Origin: an uncultured Alphaproteobacteria bacterium
GTDB taxonomy: Bacteria; Electryoneota; RPQS01
Assembly: GCA_964444755.1 (NCBI GenBank)
Contig: CAYUIF010000007.1
Location: 54,249 to 118,248 of the forward strand
Direction of reading: 5' to 3'
DNA length: 64,000 bases
The translations under genes and the position numbers were made by a program. Each line of letters starts with the position of its first letter. The first letter of the stretch is position 1. This document shows, one piece after another, positions 50,001 through 58,479 of this stretch. The notes beneath the pieces are model-generated. The model ran no database searches and was not told the DNA's origin. It saw only the letters and a program-made list of their open reading frames with translations.

Positions 50001-50307
50001 GCGATTGCACATGCAGCCGCCACACGCGGCCGCCATCGGGCAGTTCAGTCCAAACACCCGAATTGTTCAAATTGAAGGATACATCCAGCGGCGCGCCGAA
50101 GCGATAAGCGACATCTTTTCCGGCGGCTTCATCTTCCGCCAGGTAAGCGGCCACATCCACGGTTTGCAGGGGCGCCGTCGGCACCGTGCTGGTAATCGCC
50201 ATCTGAAAGCTGCGGGGAGTTCCACCCGCGCTGATTTGCGCAAATGACCCGTGACACAACACCAAAATCATTGCACTTGCCATTAAAAACCGAATCGCCA
50301 GCTTCAT
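47074..50307 (-). CDS. Secreted lysyl-endopeptidase-like S1 protease with three PNGGE Ig-like repeats and non-type-A C-terminal domain; start 50307
   Basis: MKLAIRFLMASAMILVLCHGSFAQ signal; TANHC, SDFALL, GGSSGSP; 3x PNGGE; tail ending KFYVVYSSTTP. Confidence 0.9.
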   Translation of the reverse strand: MKLAIRFLMASAMILVLCHGSFAQISAGGTPRSFQMAITSTVPTAPLQTVDVAAYLAEDEAAGKDVAYRFGAPLDVSFNLNNSGVWTELPDGGRVWRLHVQSPGAYSIGFTYDQWYIPEGADLFIYNDDRSFVIGAFTSFNNWVDGTNITQPVPGDGVTLEYYEPATVRGQGVLSISRVVHAYRNLFGYGNLDNYGDSGSCNNNVNCPEGATWQTQKRGVAMILDGGYRICSGSLVNNVRQDQTPYFLTANHCLGGETSWVFMFNYESPTCTNANGPTTQTVANATLRATNTASDFALLQLGSNVPSSYNPFFNGWNRVNTAATSSVGIHHPSGDIKKISFDNNAAVSDRYLGTSGVANSHWKIVQWDDGTTEGGSSGSPLFDQNHRITGQLHGGYASCTSLTADWYGKFSMSWDYGSTAATRLKDWLDPDNAAPNTLDGLDGSVASITVTAPNGGETMLVDDSYNITWTSQNISENVKIEINRSYSGGTWETIVASTANDGSYAWTVTSPTTTAARVRISGVTQTTVTDISNANFTIAARSITVTAPNGGETWYAGDIGTITWTSQYLTENVKIELNRSYSGGAWETIISSTADDGSHSWTVSTPVTSAARIRVSGVTHTTVSDVSNANFTIAERTITVTSPNGGEAWVDGTTHNITWTSQNVSGNVNVELNRSYPGGTWEVLAGGISNTGLYPWLVNLPVSSTARVRVSSVSYVVATDESDANFTILPANQTPVLLHDQLDDQETGPFTVTAMVYDDFGGFVTRFVYKLTTSATYDSLALSATGYPDEYAATISSLTAGKYDYFLRTIDAGGLTATTDVYTFEVGEACGTEQVYDDGVAELSNWSYAVDYRWAVKFDAGTMPYMLCEGRIGVSAVNPDSTHSPITIELYLADGVGNMPGTLVMTKTIGSVGNVIGGLMADPAAWATVLFRDVAGDPLILEDDFYVAVSNPEIGKYESFLHDTSSVRAGRSVVYDPCEEMWVDELAAHSSARPGNRLIRVSGFPMSAPEVVAAVSGNDIILHWNDTGAPYYRVYSSTVAEGPYTTFEGTADETTFTDSGAVGEGIKFYVVYSSTTP
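48125..48968 (-). repeat. Three tandem 285-bp (95-aa) intragenic repeats
   Basis: NGG codons anchor at 48941, 48656 and 48371, exact 285-bp period; unit ITVTxPNGGE...ITW...ELNRSYxGGxWE...ARVR...SxANFTI. Confidence 0.9.
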
Positions 50308-50593
50308 CCGTTTCCTTTCACAACATGAATCATCTTGTCCGGAGCGGGTGCACAATGCGGATTTCACAAACAGCCGGATTCTAAATTTGGATAGTACCAT
50401 AATATAGAGACACGATCCGCGATTGTCAATTACTTTATCAGCCTCGGAAATTTAACTGCGCAGGACAATCGGCGCGGGTCATGAATGCATCTATTGAATA
50501 TCCATCATGCCTAAACCAATAAGGCTATGGAAATCAGATTCAAATGGAAAATCATTACTAACCGACCAAGAGCATGGAATAGTCAGGAGTGAA

Positions 50594-51784
50594 TTAATGC
50601 GCAAATACTGCTCGATAGGCGGCGAGGAGATAGCGGGTACTGTGTTCCCAGGAGAGTTCGCTTTTGAGGCGGGTGTGACCGGCTTCGCCCATTTGCCGGC
50701 GGCGAGCCGGATCGTCCAGCAGCGCGAGGATTTGGCGGGCGAAATCCTCTTCATCGTTATCGCGGGCAAAAACCGCGGCGTCACCCGCCGAGAATGCCGA
50801 TTCGGTGAGTCGGTAGGATACGATCGGGCGGGACATGGCCATATATTCAAGAATTTTATTCATCGTGGACTTGTCATTGAGCGGGCTGATGGGATCGGGC
50901 GCCACGCATAAATCGGCGGTGGACAATGTTTCACACACCTGCTCATTGGAAACCCGTCCGGTGAATTCGACGGCGCTGTTCAGGTCCAGTTCCGCCGCCA
51001 ATTGCCGGAGTGCCGACAGATTTTCACCGCCGCCCATCAGCGTGAATTGAATATCGTTCCGCTTCCACTCGTGAACGATAAAGCGGATGCTGCGCAGCAG
51101 ATAATCCAGACCGTCCTGCTGTCCCATCGTACCTAAATAGGAAACAAGGAACTTGCGGCCTTTTTTCAAAGCCGGATTCGGGTTCGTGGGAACGAAACGC
51201 GAAAGATCGGGCGCGCTGCGCACAACAAACACGCGTTCCGGTTGCTTGCCCCCGCGTTCCACCGCCACTTGTTTATACGATTCATTGGTGGAGATTACGA
51301 CGTTGGCGGTGCGATAGGTGCAGGTCTCCAGCGCACGGAGAATCTTCAGTAAAACTCCGCCCTTGCCGGGAAATTTGGATTCGAAGGTTTCCGGGCTGAG
51401 ATCGTGTTGATCGAACATGAACTTCACACCGAACAGCTTAAACGGCAGCGCCACCAGGAAGAACAGATCGGGAGGATTGCAGGCATGAATCACGCGAAAG
51501 CCGCGCCGCAGCGACACGTAGACCGCATAGAAAAACGTGAACAGCATCGCCCACGGATATTCGATGAAATACCCCAGCGCGCGGCGGGCCGTATACGGCA
51601 GCGGATAGCGGTAGATATGGACATCTTCCAGCCGCTCATAGGGCTTGCGATCCACCATGCGCGGACAGATCACGCTGACCCGATATCCGTTGCGAGCCAG
51701 CGTTGTCGCTTCCTGCCATACCCGCCGGTCAAAGGGTACCGACAGGTTTTCGACAAGGATCAGAACCTTACCAGCAGAAGCCAT
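50594..51784 (-). CDS. GT4 family glycosyltransferase
   Basis: VENLSVPFDRRVWQE, IHACNPPD, FDQHDL, KILEYMAM. Confidence 0.93.
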   Translation of the reverse strand: MASAGKVLILVENLSVPFDRRVWQEATTLARNGYRVSVICPRMVDRKPYERLEDVHIYRYPLPYTARRALGYFIEYPWAMLFTFFYAVYVSLRRGFRVIHACNPPDLFFLVALPFKLFGVKFMFDQHDLSPETFESKFPGKGGVLLKILRALETCTYRTANVVISTNESYKQVAVERGGKQPERVFVVRSAPDLSRFVPTNPNPALKKGRKFLVSYLGTMGQQDGLDYLLRSIRFIVHEWKRNDIQFTLMGGGENLSALRQLAAELDLNSAVEFTGRVSNEQVCETLSTADLCVAPDPISPLNDKSTMNKILEYMAMSRPIVSYRLTESAFSAGDAAVFARDNDEEDFARQILALLDDPARRRQMGEAGHTRLKSELSWEHSTRYLLAAYRAVFAH

Positions 51785-53084
51785 GATAATTCGCTTGATC
51801 GCGCGGCGGTTCGGGAACGATGCGCACTAAATCGAACAACTGCTGATGCGGCTTTGCTTTCTTTACGACCGGTACGAATTCCTCGTCGCGATTGGCGATG
51901 ATGATCACTTCGGAGTGCTTCAGAATATCGTCCACTGACGGACAGAGCAGCTCCGCCAGATGCGGCAATGCTGATTCGATGAACTTCTTGTTGGAACCGA
52001 CCAGCCGCGCCAGCGATACGTTCTTATCGTAGATCTTGATCTGATAGCCCTTGCCGAGCAGCGTTTCCACCAGTTCGACCATCGGGCTTTCGCGGAGATC
52101 GTCGGTGCCCGCTTTGAACGCCAAGCCGAGCAGACCGACTTTTTTCTTGCCCAATCCGATCACGGTTTTAATCGCGCGCTGCACGGTTTCGCGATTGGCA
52201 TTCATCAGCGAGGACAGCATGGGCGTGTTGACGTTCAAGTCGCGCGCGCACCACGTGAGCGCCCGCACATCTTTGGGCAGACACGATCCGCCGAAGGCAA
52301 AGCCGGGTTTCAGATAGTAGGGCGATAGATTCAGCTTCGTATCCTGTACGAAAATTTCCATCACCTTGTGGCTGTCCACTCCCAGTTTCTTTGCCACCGC
52401 CCCGACCTCGTTTCCGAATACGATCTTGACCGCATGGAATACGTTGTCGGCATATTTCACCATTTCCGCTTCTTCGATCTCCGTCAGGAAGAGCGGACCG
52501 GGAATCGTTTCGTAGATTTTCGCGGCGTGCTCGGCGGTTTCCTTGCGAAGGGCGCCCATTACCGTCTTGGGCGGTTCGTAGAAATCGCGAATGGCCGTGC
52601 CTTCGCGGAGGAATTCGGGATTATAGGCCAAGAAGAAGCCTTGGCCTTCTTTTTTCCCGGAGTGTTTTTCCAAGCGCGGCAGCACTTCGCGGCGGGTGGT
52701 GCCGGGAATCAGCGTACTGCGAATGACTACCGTATGCAGATGGGAAATCTTACCGAGCGCTACGCCGATTTCGGCGGCTACACGCTTGACATATTCGGTA
52801 TTCAATGCGCCCGTGTCGAGGGACGGCGTGCCGACGCAGACCAATGAGATATCCGTATTGGCAATGGCTTCATCCGCCGAGGTCGTGCCGTGAAGCGTTC
52901 CGGCCTGGGAGTACTTCTCGATAAGTTCGCCCAATTCCGCTTCGATAATCGGGCTTTGACCGTTACGAATGAAATCAACCTTGCCGGGGTCGACATCCAC
53001 TCCCCACACTTCGTGGCCGAGGTCGCAAAAGCAGGCGGCGGACACGCAGCCGACATAGCCTAAACCGAAAACACTGATTTTCAT
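51768..53084 (-). CDS. UDP-glucose/GDP-mannose dehydrogenase family, AlgD-like; start 53084 or 53111
   Basis: GLGYVG, CVGTP, NPEFLREG, GGSCLPKD, GLAFKAGTDDLRESP. Confidence 0.95.
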   Translation of the reverse strand: MKISVFGLGYVGCVSAACFCDLGHEVWGVDVDPGKVDFIRNGQSPIIEAELGELIEKYSQAGTLHGTTSADEAIANTDISLVCVGTPSLDTGALNTEYVKRVAAEIGVALGKISHLHTVVIRSTLIPGTTRREVLPRLEKHSGKKEGQGFFLAYNPEFLREGTAIRDFYEPPKTVMGALRKETAEHAAKIYETIPGPLFLTEIEEAEMVKYADNVFHAVKIVFGNEVGAVAKKLGVDSHKVMEIFVQDTKLNLSPYYLKPGFAFGGSCLPKDVRALTWCARDLNVNTPMLSSLMNANRETVQRAIKTVIGLGKKKVGLLGLAFKAGTDDLRESPMVELVETLLGKGYQIKIYDKNVSLARLVGSNKKFIESALPHLAELLCPSVDDILKHSEVIIIANRDEEFVPVVKKAKPHQQLFDLVRIVPEPPRDQANYHGFCW

Positions 53085-53731
53085 AGATGGATCGTTAAGT
53101 TGCTGGTTCATCCCGATACGGTGCAGGCAACTCGAACACTGCAGGTTCGGGGCAGAAAGATACGAAGCTCTCTTTGTAATTGCAAACTTTACACCGCAGA
53201 AAGATGACTTTAGCATCCACGAAGCCTTGGTTTTTCAATACAAACAGGTTTAACTAAATCGCTAATTATCGTCACACAGTATAAGTTTAATAAACAATAA
53301 TTTATGGAGACTTATCACATCCTTCACCAAGATTTGGGTGATTGAAGTATCCAGGCATTTTTTAGTACTTGTGTCCACATCTGGTGGCAAGTAACCACCA
53401 ATAGGGCTGTTACTGCCGTACAACCAGGACAGAATAGTCGCGATATCCGAATTCAATGGATGAGGAAATTCTGATTTAACGGTACGGTTAATGGCCCTCG
53501 AAGCCCACTCAAAATCAGTGAGAAGTCCGGCAAAAGAGGCAAACTGAATGAAGTCACTTGTGGTAGGCATTTCCGCCGAATTGTGGCCCTAAATGTCTTG
53601 TTTTTTTCGTGAAAAATTTCTATTTTATAGGATTCCGTGAAAGGGTTATTTCCATTGGCTTTCACGCGATTAATTTGGGTTAACTGCACTCGCTTTTGGC
53701 GAGCTATACTGACAAGTAAGGAAGGTCTGGA

Positions 53732-55018
53732 ATGAACAGCAAGGCATTTAATCCGTTTGAGATGGCTCAACGGCAGTTTGACGGCGTGGCCGATTTGTTG
53801 GGACTCGATTCCGGAACGCGAGAAATCCTCCGCAACCCGATGCGCGAGTTCCATTTCCTGATTCCGGTGCGGATGGATGACGGTACAGTTAAGGTTTTCC
53901 GTGGTTTCCGTGTTCAGCACAATGATGCCCGCGGTCCGAGCAAGGGCGGCATTCGGTTCCATCCCCATGAATCGATTGATACGGTTCGAGCCTTGGCCAC
54001 GTGGATGACGTGGAAGTGCTCGGTAGTGGATATTCCCCTCGGCGGCGGCAAGGGCGGCGTGATCTGCGATCCGCATAACCTCAGCGCCCGCGAGCAAGAG
54101 CAGATTTGCCGCGGCTGGATCCGCCAGTTGGCCAAGGATATCGGCCCGCTGGTGGACGTTCCGGCGCCGGACGTCATGACCAACGGCCAGCATATGTTGT
54201 GGATGCTGGACGAGTACGAGCACATTCACGGCGGCCATTATCCGGGTCTTATCACCGGCAAGCCGGTGGGCATGGGCGGTTCTCTGGGTCGCACTGAAGC
54301 CACCGGTTACGGTGTGGTCTATACGGTTCGCGAAGCTTTGAAAGAACTGAACCTCCGTCCCGAAAACACCGTTGCCTCGGTGCAGGGTTTCGGCAATGTG
54401 GCGCAATACGCCATTGACCTGTACACCCAATTGGGCGGCAAGGTGATTTCCGTATCCTGCTGGGATCAGAAGGATCAAACCTCCTACACCTACCGCAAGA
54501 AAGACGGCGTGGATCTCAAGCAATTACTAAGTATTACCGACCGGTTCGGTGGTATCGAGAAGGAAAAGGCGCGCGGTTTGGGCTATGAAGTGCTGCCGGG
54601 CGAGGCGTGGATTGAGCAGGAAGTGGATATCCTCTTCCCGAACGCCATCGAAAACCAAGTGACCGGCGAAAATGTGAACAAGATTCACAAGCGCGTCCGG
54701 TTGATCGCCGAAGGCGCCAACGGCCCCACCACCCCCGAAGCCGACAAGGTCATTCACGAACGCGGCATTTTCATGATTCCTGACTTTCTGTGCAATGCCG
54801 GCGGCGTGACATGCAGCTATTTCGAGCAAGTTCAGTGCAATATGAACTATTACTGGGAACGGGACGAAGTTCTCACCAAGCTCGATACCAAGATGACCAA
54901 CGCTTTCCATGCGGTGAGCGATCTGGCTCGTCAGCGCAAACTGTATATGCGCGATGCGGCCTATGTGATCGCGATCAACCGCGTGGCGCAGGCCTGCCGG
55001 GATCGCGGCTGGGTTTAA
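53732..55018 (+). CDS. gdhA: Glu/Leu/Phe/Val dehydrogenase, most likely glutamate dehydrogenase
   Basis: GFRVQH, GPSKGGIRFHP, GGGKGG, DVPAPD, ATGYGV, QGFGNVA, EGANGP, NAGGVTCSYFE. Confidence 0.95.
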   Translation: MNSKAFNPFEMAQRQFDGVADLLGLDSGTREILRNPMREFHFLIPVRMDDGTVKVFRGFRVQHNDARGPSKGGIRFHPHESIDTVRALATWMTWKCSVVDIPLGGGKGGVICDPHNLSAREQEQICRGWIRQLAKDIGPLVDVPAPDVMTNGQHMLWMLDEYEHIHGGHYPGLITGKPVGMGGSLGRTEATGYGVVYTVREALKELNLRPENTVASVQGFGNVAQYAIDLYTQLGGKVISVSCWDQKDQTSYTYRKKDGVDLKQLLSITDRFGGIEKEKARGLGYEVLPGEAWIEQEVDILFPNAIENQVTGENVNKIHKRVRLIAEGANGPTTPEADKVIHERGIFMIPDFLCNAGGVTCSYFEQVQCNMNYYWERDEVLTKLDTKMTNAFHAVSDLARQRKLYMRDAAYVIAINRVAQACRDRGWV

Positions 55019-55038
55019 TATTTCTTTCCGAACAAGGG

Positions 55039-55076
55039 AAGGGGCGGTTGACAAACCGCCCCTTTCTGCGTAAAAT
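55039..55076 (+). promoter_or_regulatory. Near-consensus sigma70 promoter whose -35 lies in an 11-bp inverted repeat
   Basis: TTGACA (55048-55053), 17 bp, TAAAAT (55071-55076); stem AAGGGGCGGTT/AACCGCCCCTT with loop GACA. Confidence 0.75.
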
Positions 55077-55202
55077 GGGGGAATGCTAAAATTGAGGTTG
55101 CCGGGTATATAAAATCACATACCTCGGCCAGCATTGGCGGGCACAATAAACCGTGCCCTGCGGATTGATTCCTCTCGCCATTTGGAGCTTCCTTAAACCG
55201 AT

Positions 55203-58200
55203 ATGAACCGTCCTCGCCATAAATCCCGATCCATCTTGCCCGAACAAGCCAAAGAACTGAACTGCCTGTTCCGCATCGAGGAACTCTTGCAGAATCCCGA
55301 TGCCGATCTGGATGCCGTGTTCGGCGGCGTGATCGAGGCGATTCCGGCGGGCTTCCACTATTCCGACCTCTGCCAGGCGCGGATCATCTTGGAGAATCGC
55401 GAGTGGGCGCCGGCGGGCTTCGTGGAAACGCCGTGGATGCTGTCGGCGGAGATCACGGTGCATGACGCGGCCACCGGCAGCGTGGCGGTCTTCTATACGC
55501 AAGAGCGGCCGGAAGCTGACCTGGGCCCATTCCTGAACGAAGAAAATAAACTGCTGCAAACGCTGGCGGGACGACTGGGGCAGTTCGTGCAGTATCATAC
55601 GATGCGGCGGAAGAATCTCGAATTGCAGGCCGCACCGGTGGATCACACGATGCAATCGCGGGGCGAGTGGCGGGTAGTGGTGGACTTGCTGCGGCGCACC
55701 GATCAAGCCCTCTATCGCCGCGTGCTGCGCAAGCTGTTCGTGCGGCTGCGCTCGGCGGGCATTCGCGAAGCCAACGAGATTCAGGAAAAAATGCGGGCGA
55801 ACGTGATCCCGACCACCGACGACAACCGCCCCACCCGCAAGCTGGCGAAAGACGTTTCCACGCAGTTGGGTGATGATTTGTTCGATATCGCCGCCCGCTA
55901 TTTTACCGATCAGGATATTCTGAGTTGGGTGCAAAAGTGGGTGCAGGAAGACCGGTCGAGTTTCCTCGTAGCCACGCTGGAACGGCGCAGCACACCGATG
56001 ACCGATGTCGCCGAATCCATTCGCCGCTTCCACCATATCGCCAGCGAAGGCATCGAACTGGCGCCCACCACTGAAAAAGAAGTGCGGGTGGCGCTAATCG
56101 AGCGGTTCTTCACCGATCAGCTGGAATATATCAACGTCGCCAAAGAATACGTTGACGTCAAGGATTTCTATAATCTGCTGCAGCGAATTGTGTTTCCGCC
56201 GGAAAGCCACGGCAAGTTAGGCGGCAAAAGCGCGGGCGTATTCTTGGCTTCGCGGGTGATTCGCGCCGCCGCGGAGGAACACGACATCCTGAAGAACATC
56301 AAGGTTCCCAAGACGTGGCATATCGCCTCCGACGGACTGCTGCATTTCGTCACGCACAACGACCTTGACGAACTGGTCGAGCACAAATACCGCGATATAG
56401 ACGAAGTCCGCCGCGAATACGACCGCATCGTGCAGGTGTTCAAGCATTCGAGTTTCACGCCGGAGATTGTGCAGGGGCTTTCGATGGCGTTGGATGATTT
56501 CGAGGATCGTCCGGTAATCGTACGCAGTTCAAGCCTGCTCGAAGACCGGTTCGGTGCGGCGTTCTCCGGCAAATATAAAAGTTTGTTCCTCGCCAACCAA
56601 GGTCCCAAGCGGCAGCGGCTGGAAGCGCTGATGGATGCCGTGGCGGAAGTGTATTCCTCGACGTTCGGTCCCGATCCGATTCAATACCGCGCCGAACGCG
56701 GCTTGCTCGACTTCCGCGAAGAGATGGGGATCATGATTCAGGAAGTGGTGGGCTCGCGGATCGGCAAATACTTCTTCCCCGCCTTCGCGGGTGTGGCGTT
56801 CAGCAACAATGAATTCCGTTGGTCGCCGCGCATTCACCGCGAAGACGGCTTGGTGCGTTTGGTGCCCGGTCTGGGAACGCGGGCGGTGGATCGCTTAAGC
56901 GATGATTATCCGATTTTGATGGCGCCCGGTCAGCCGGGCTTGCGCGTGAACGTGACGCCCGATGAAGTGATGCGATATTCGCCCTCGAAGATGGACGTCA
57001 TCAATCTCGAAACCAACACCTTTGAAACGGTGGATGTCAAAGAACTCTATCGTGAACATGCGCACGATATTCCGTGGCTGAATCAGGCGGTGTCCATCTG
57101 CAACCACGGACACATGCAGATTCCGGGATTCCTGGCCGATCTCAAGGAAGACGAATTCTGCATGACCTTTGAAGGCTTGGTGACTAAGACGCCGTTCTTG
57201 AAGCAGATGCAGCTCATGCTGCGGCTCTTGCAGGAGAAGTTCGGCACGCCGGTGGATATCGAATTCGCCTCCGACGGCAAGGATTTCTATCTGCTGCAAT
57301 GCCGACCGCAAGCCTATGCCGTGGGCGACGTGCCGTCCACGATCCCGCGCGACTTCCTTCCCGATCAAGTATTATTCACCGCCAAACGGTATGTGTCCAA
57401 CGGTCGGCTGCCCGATATTACGCACATCGTTTATGTGGACACGCAAAAGTACAGCGAAATCGAGAGTCTGGACGAACTGCGCGATGTTGGGCGGTGCGTG
57501 GGACGCTTGAACGGGCTGTTGCCCAAACGCCGTTTTATTCTGATGGGACCGGGACGCTGGGGCAGCCGCGGCGATATCAAGCTGGGCGTGAGTGTCGGTT
57601 ATGCCGACATCAAGAACACTTCGATGCTCATCGAGATCGCTCGCCGCAAAGGCAACTACGTGCCCGATCTCTCCTTCGGTACGCACTTCTTCCAAGATTT
57701 GGTGGAATCATCCATCCGATACCTGCCGCTCTATCCCGACGATCCGGGTATTCTGTTCAATGAAAAGTTCCTGCTGGGTTCGCATAATATTCTGCCGGAA
57801 CTGCTTCCCGACTATGCGCATCTCGCGCATACCGTCCACGTGATTGACGTAACGGCCGTCACCAACGGCAAAATTTTGCGCGTGCTGATGAATGCCGATC
57901 TCGATGAAGCCATCGGTCTGTTCTCGATTCCGTCAACGACGCAGGAAGAAGTGGTTGAATCCAAGCCGCTGCCCACCGATCTGAGCACCGAAGAGCATTG
58001 GCGGTGGCGGGTGCTTATGGCCGAACGCATTGCCGACACCCTCGATCCGCATCGCTTCGGGGTGAAGAAGTTTTATGTGATCGGCAGCGCCAAGAACGCC
58101 ACGGCGGACGCCTCCAGCGATATTGATTTGCTGCTGCACTTTAACGGCACCGCCGAGCAGTGCGAGAGTTTGCTGCAGTGGCTGGACGGCTGGAGCGCGG

Positions 58201-58373
58201 CCTTGGCCGAAGCCAATTTCCAGCGCACGGGTTATCGCTTGAGCCGCTTGTTGGACGTCCATTTAATCACTGACGAAGACATCGCCGCCAAGAACAGCGA
58301 ATACGTGACCAAGATCGGCGCGATTACCGACGCCGCCCGCGAAATCCCCTTAACCGTCGGGCGCAGCGCGTAA
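55203..58373 (+). CDS. GAF-like sensor + PPDK_N/PEP-synthase-type ATP-grasp + C-terminal Pol-beta-type nucleotidyltransferase domain protein
   Basis: KELNCLF...GPFLNEENKLL N-domain; GKLGGKS, VRSSSLLED, FSGKY, IQEVVG, GLGTRAV, DIEFA...LLQCRP; C-terminal YVIGS...SDIDLLLH...LDVH. Confidence 0.88.
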   Translation: MNRPRHKSRSILPEQAKELNCLFRIEELLQNPDADLDAVFGGVIEAIPAGFHYSDLCQARIILENREWAPAGFVETPWMLSAEITVHDAATGSVAVFYTQERPEADLGPFLNEENKLLQTLAGRLGQFVQYHTMRRKNLELQAAPVDHTMQSRGEWRVVVDLLRRTDQALYRRVLRKLFVRLRSAGIREANEIQEKMRANVIPTTDDNRPTRKLAKDVSTQLGDDLFDIAARYFTDQDILSWVQKWVQEDRSSFLVATLERRSTPMTDVAESIRRFHHIASEGIELAPTTEKEVRVALIERFFTDQLEYINVAKEYVDVKDFYNLLQRIVFPPESHGKLGGKSAGVFLASRVIRAAAEEHDILKNIKVPKTWHIASDGLLHFVTHNDLDELVEHKYRDIDEVRREYDRIVQVFKHSSFTPEIVQGLSMALDDFEDRPVIVRSSSLLEDRFGAAFSGKYKSLFLANQGPKRQRLEALMDAVAEVYSSTFGPDPIQYRAERGLLDFREEMGIMIQEVVGSRIGKYFFPAFAGVAFSNNEFRWSPRIHREDGLVRLVPGLGTRAVDRLSDDYPILMAPGQPGLRVNVTPDEVMRYSPSKMDVINLETNTFETVDVKELYREHAHDIPWLNQAVSICNHGHMQIPGFLADLKEDEFCMTFEGLVTKTPFLKQMQLMLRLLQEKFGTPVDIEFASDGKDFYLLQCRPQAYAVGDVPSTIPRDFLPDQVLFTAKRYVSNGRLPDITHIVYVDTQKYSEIESLDELRDVGRCVGRLNGLLPKRRFILMGPGRWGSRGDIKLGVSVGYADIKNTSMLIEIARRKGNYVPDLSFGTHFFQDLVESSIRYLPLYPDDPGILFNEKFLLGSHNILPELLPDYAHLAHTVHVIDVTAVTNGKILRVLMNADLDEAIGLFSIPSTTQEEVVESKPLPTDLSTEEHWRWRVLMAERIADTLDPHRFGVKKFYVIGSAKNATADASSDIDLLLHFNGTAEQCESLLQWLDGWSAALAEANFQRTGYRLSRLLDVHLITDEDIAAKNSEYVTKIGAITDAAREIPLTVGRSA

Positions 58374-58479
58374 TTCACTTTCTCTAATTTCCTCACAACG
58401 CTTTTCGATAAACGACGCGCGCAATGCGACGTCGTTCCTCCTTTTTTTTCGCTGGTGTTTATCTTTGGAAGGAGACGCT

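Noticed and set aside
41800-50250. Active shufflon or phase-variable inversion between protease paralogues
   Set aside because: Many synonymous differences and no recombinase or short perfect inverted repeats
53217-53731. AT-rich intergenic region: 102-aa ORF, SAM-I-like GGCCCTCGAAGCCC fragment, ops/JUMPstart element
   Set aside because: The ORF is not protein-like, the rest of the SAM-I core is missing, and no GGCGGTAG is found on the relevant strand; best explained as divergent promoters
55203-58373. Annotation as ppsA or ppdK
   Set aside because: Phospho-His and PEP/pyruvate-binding barrel domains are not recognisable
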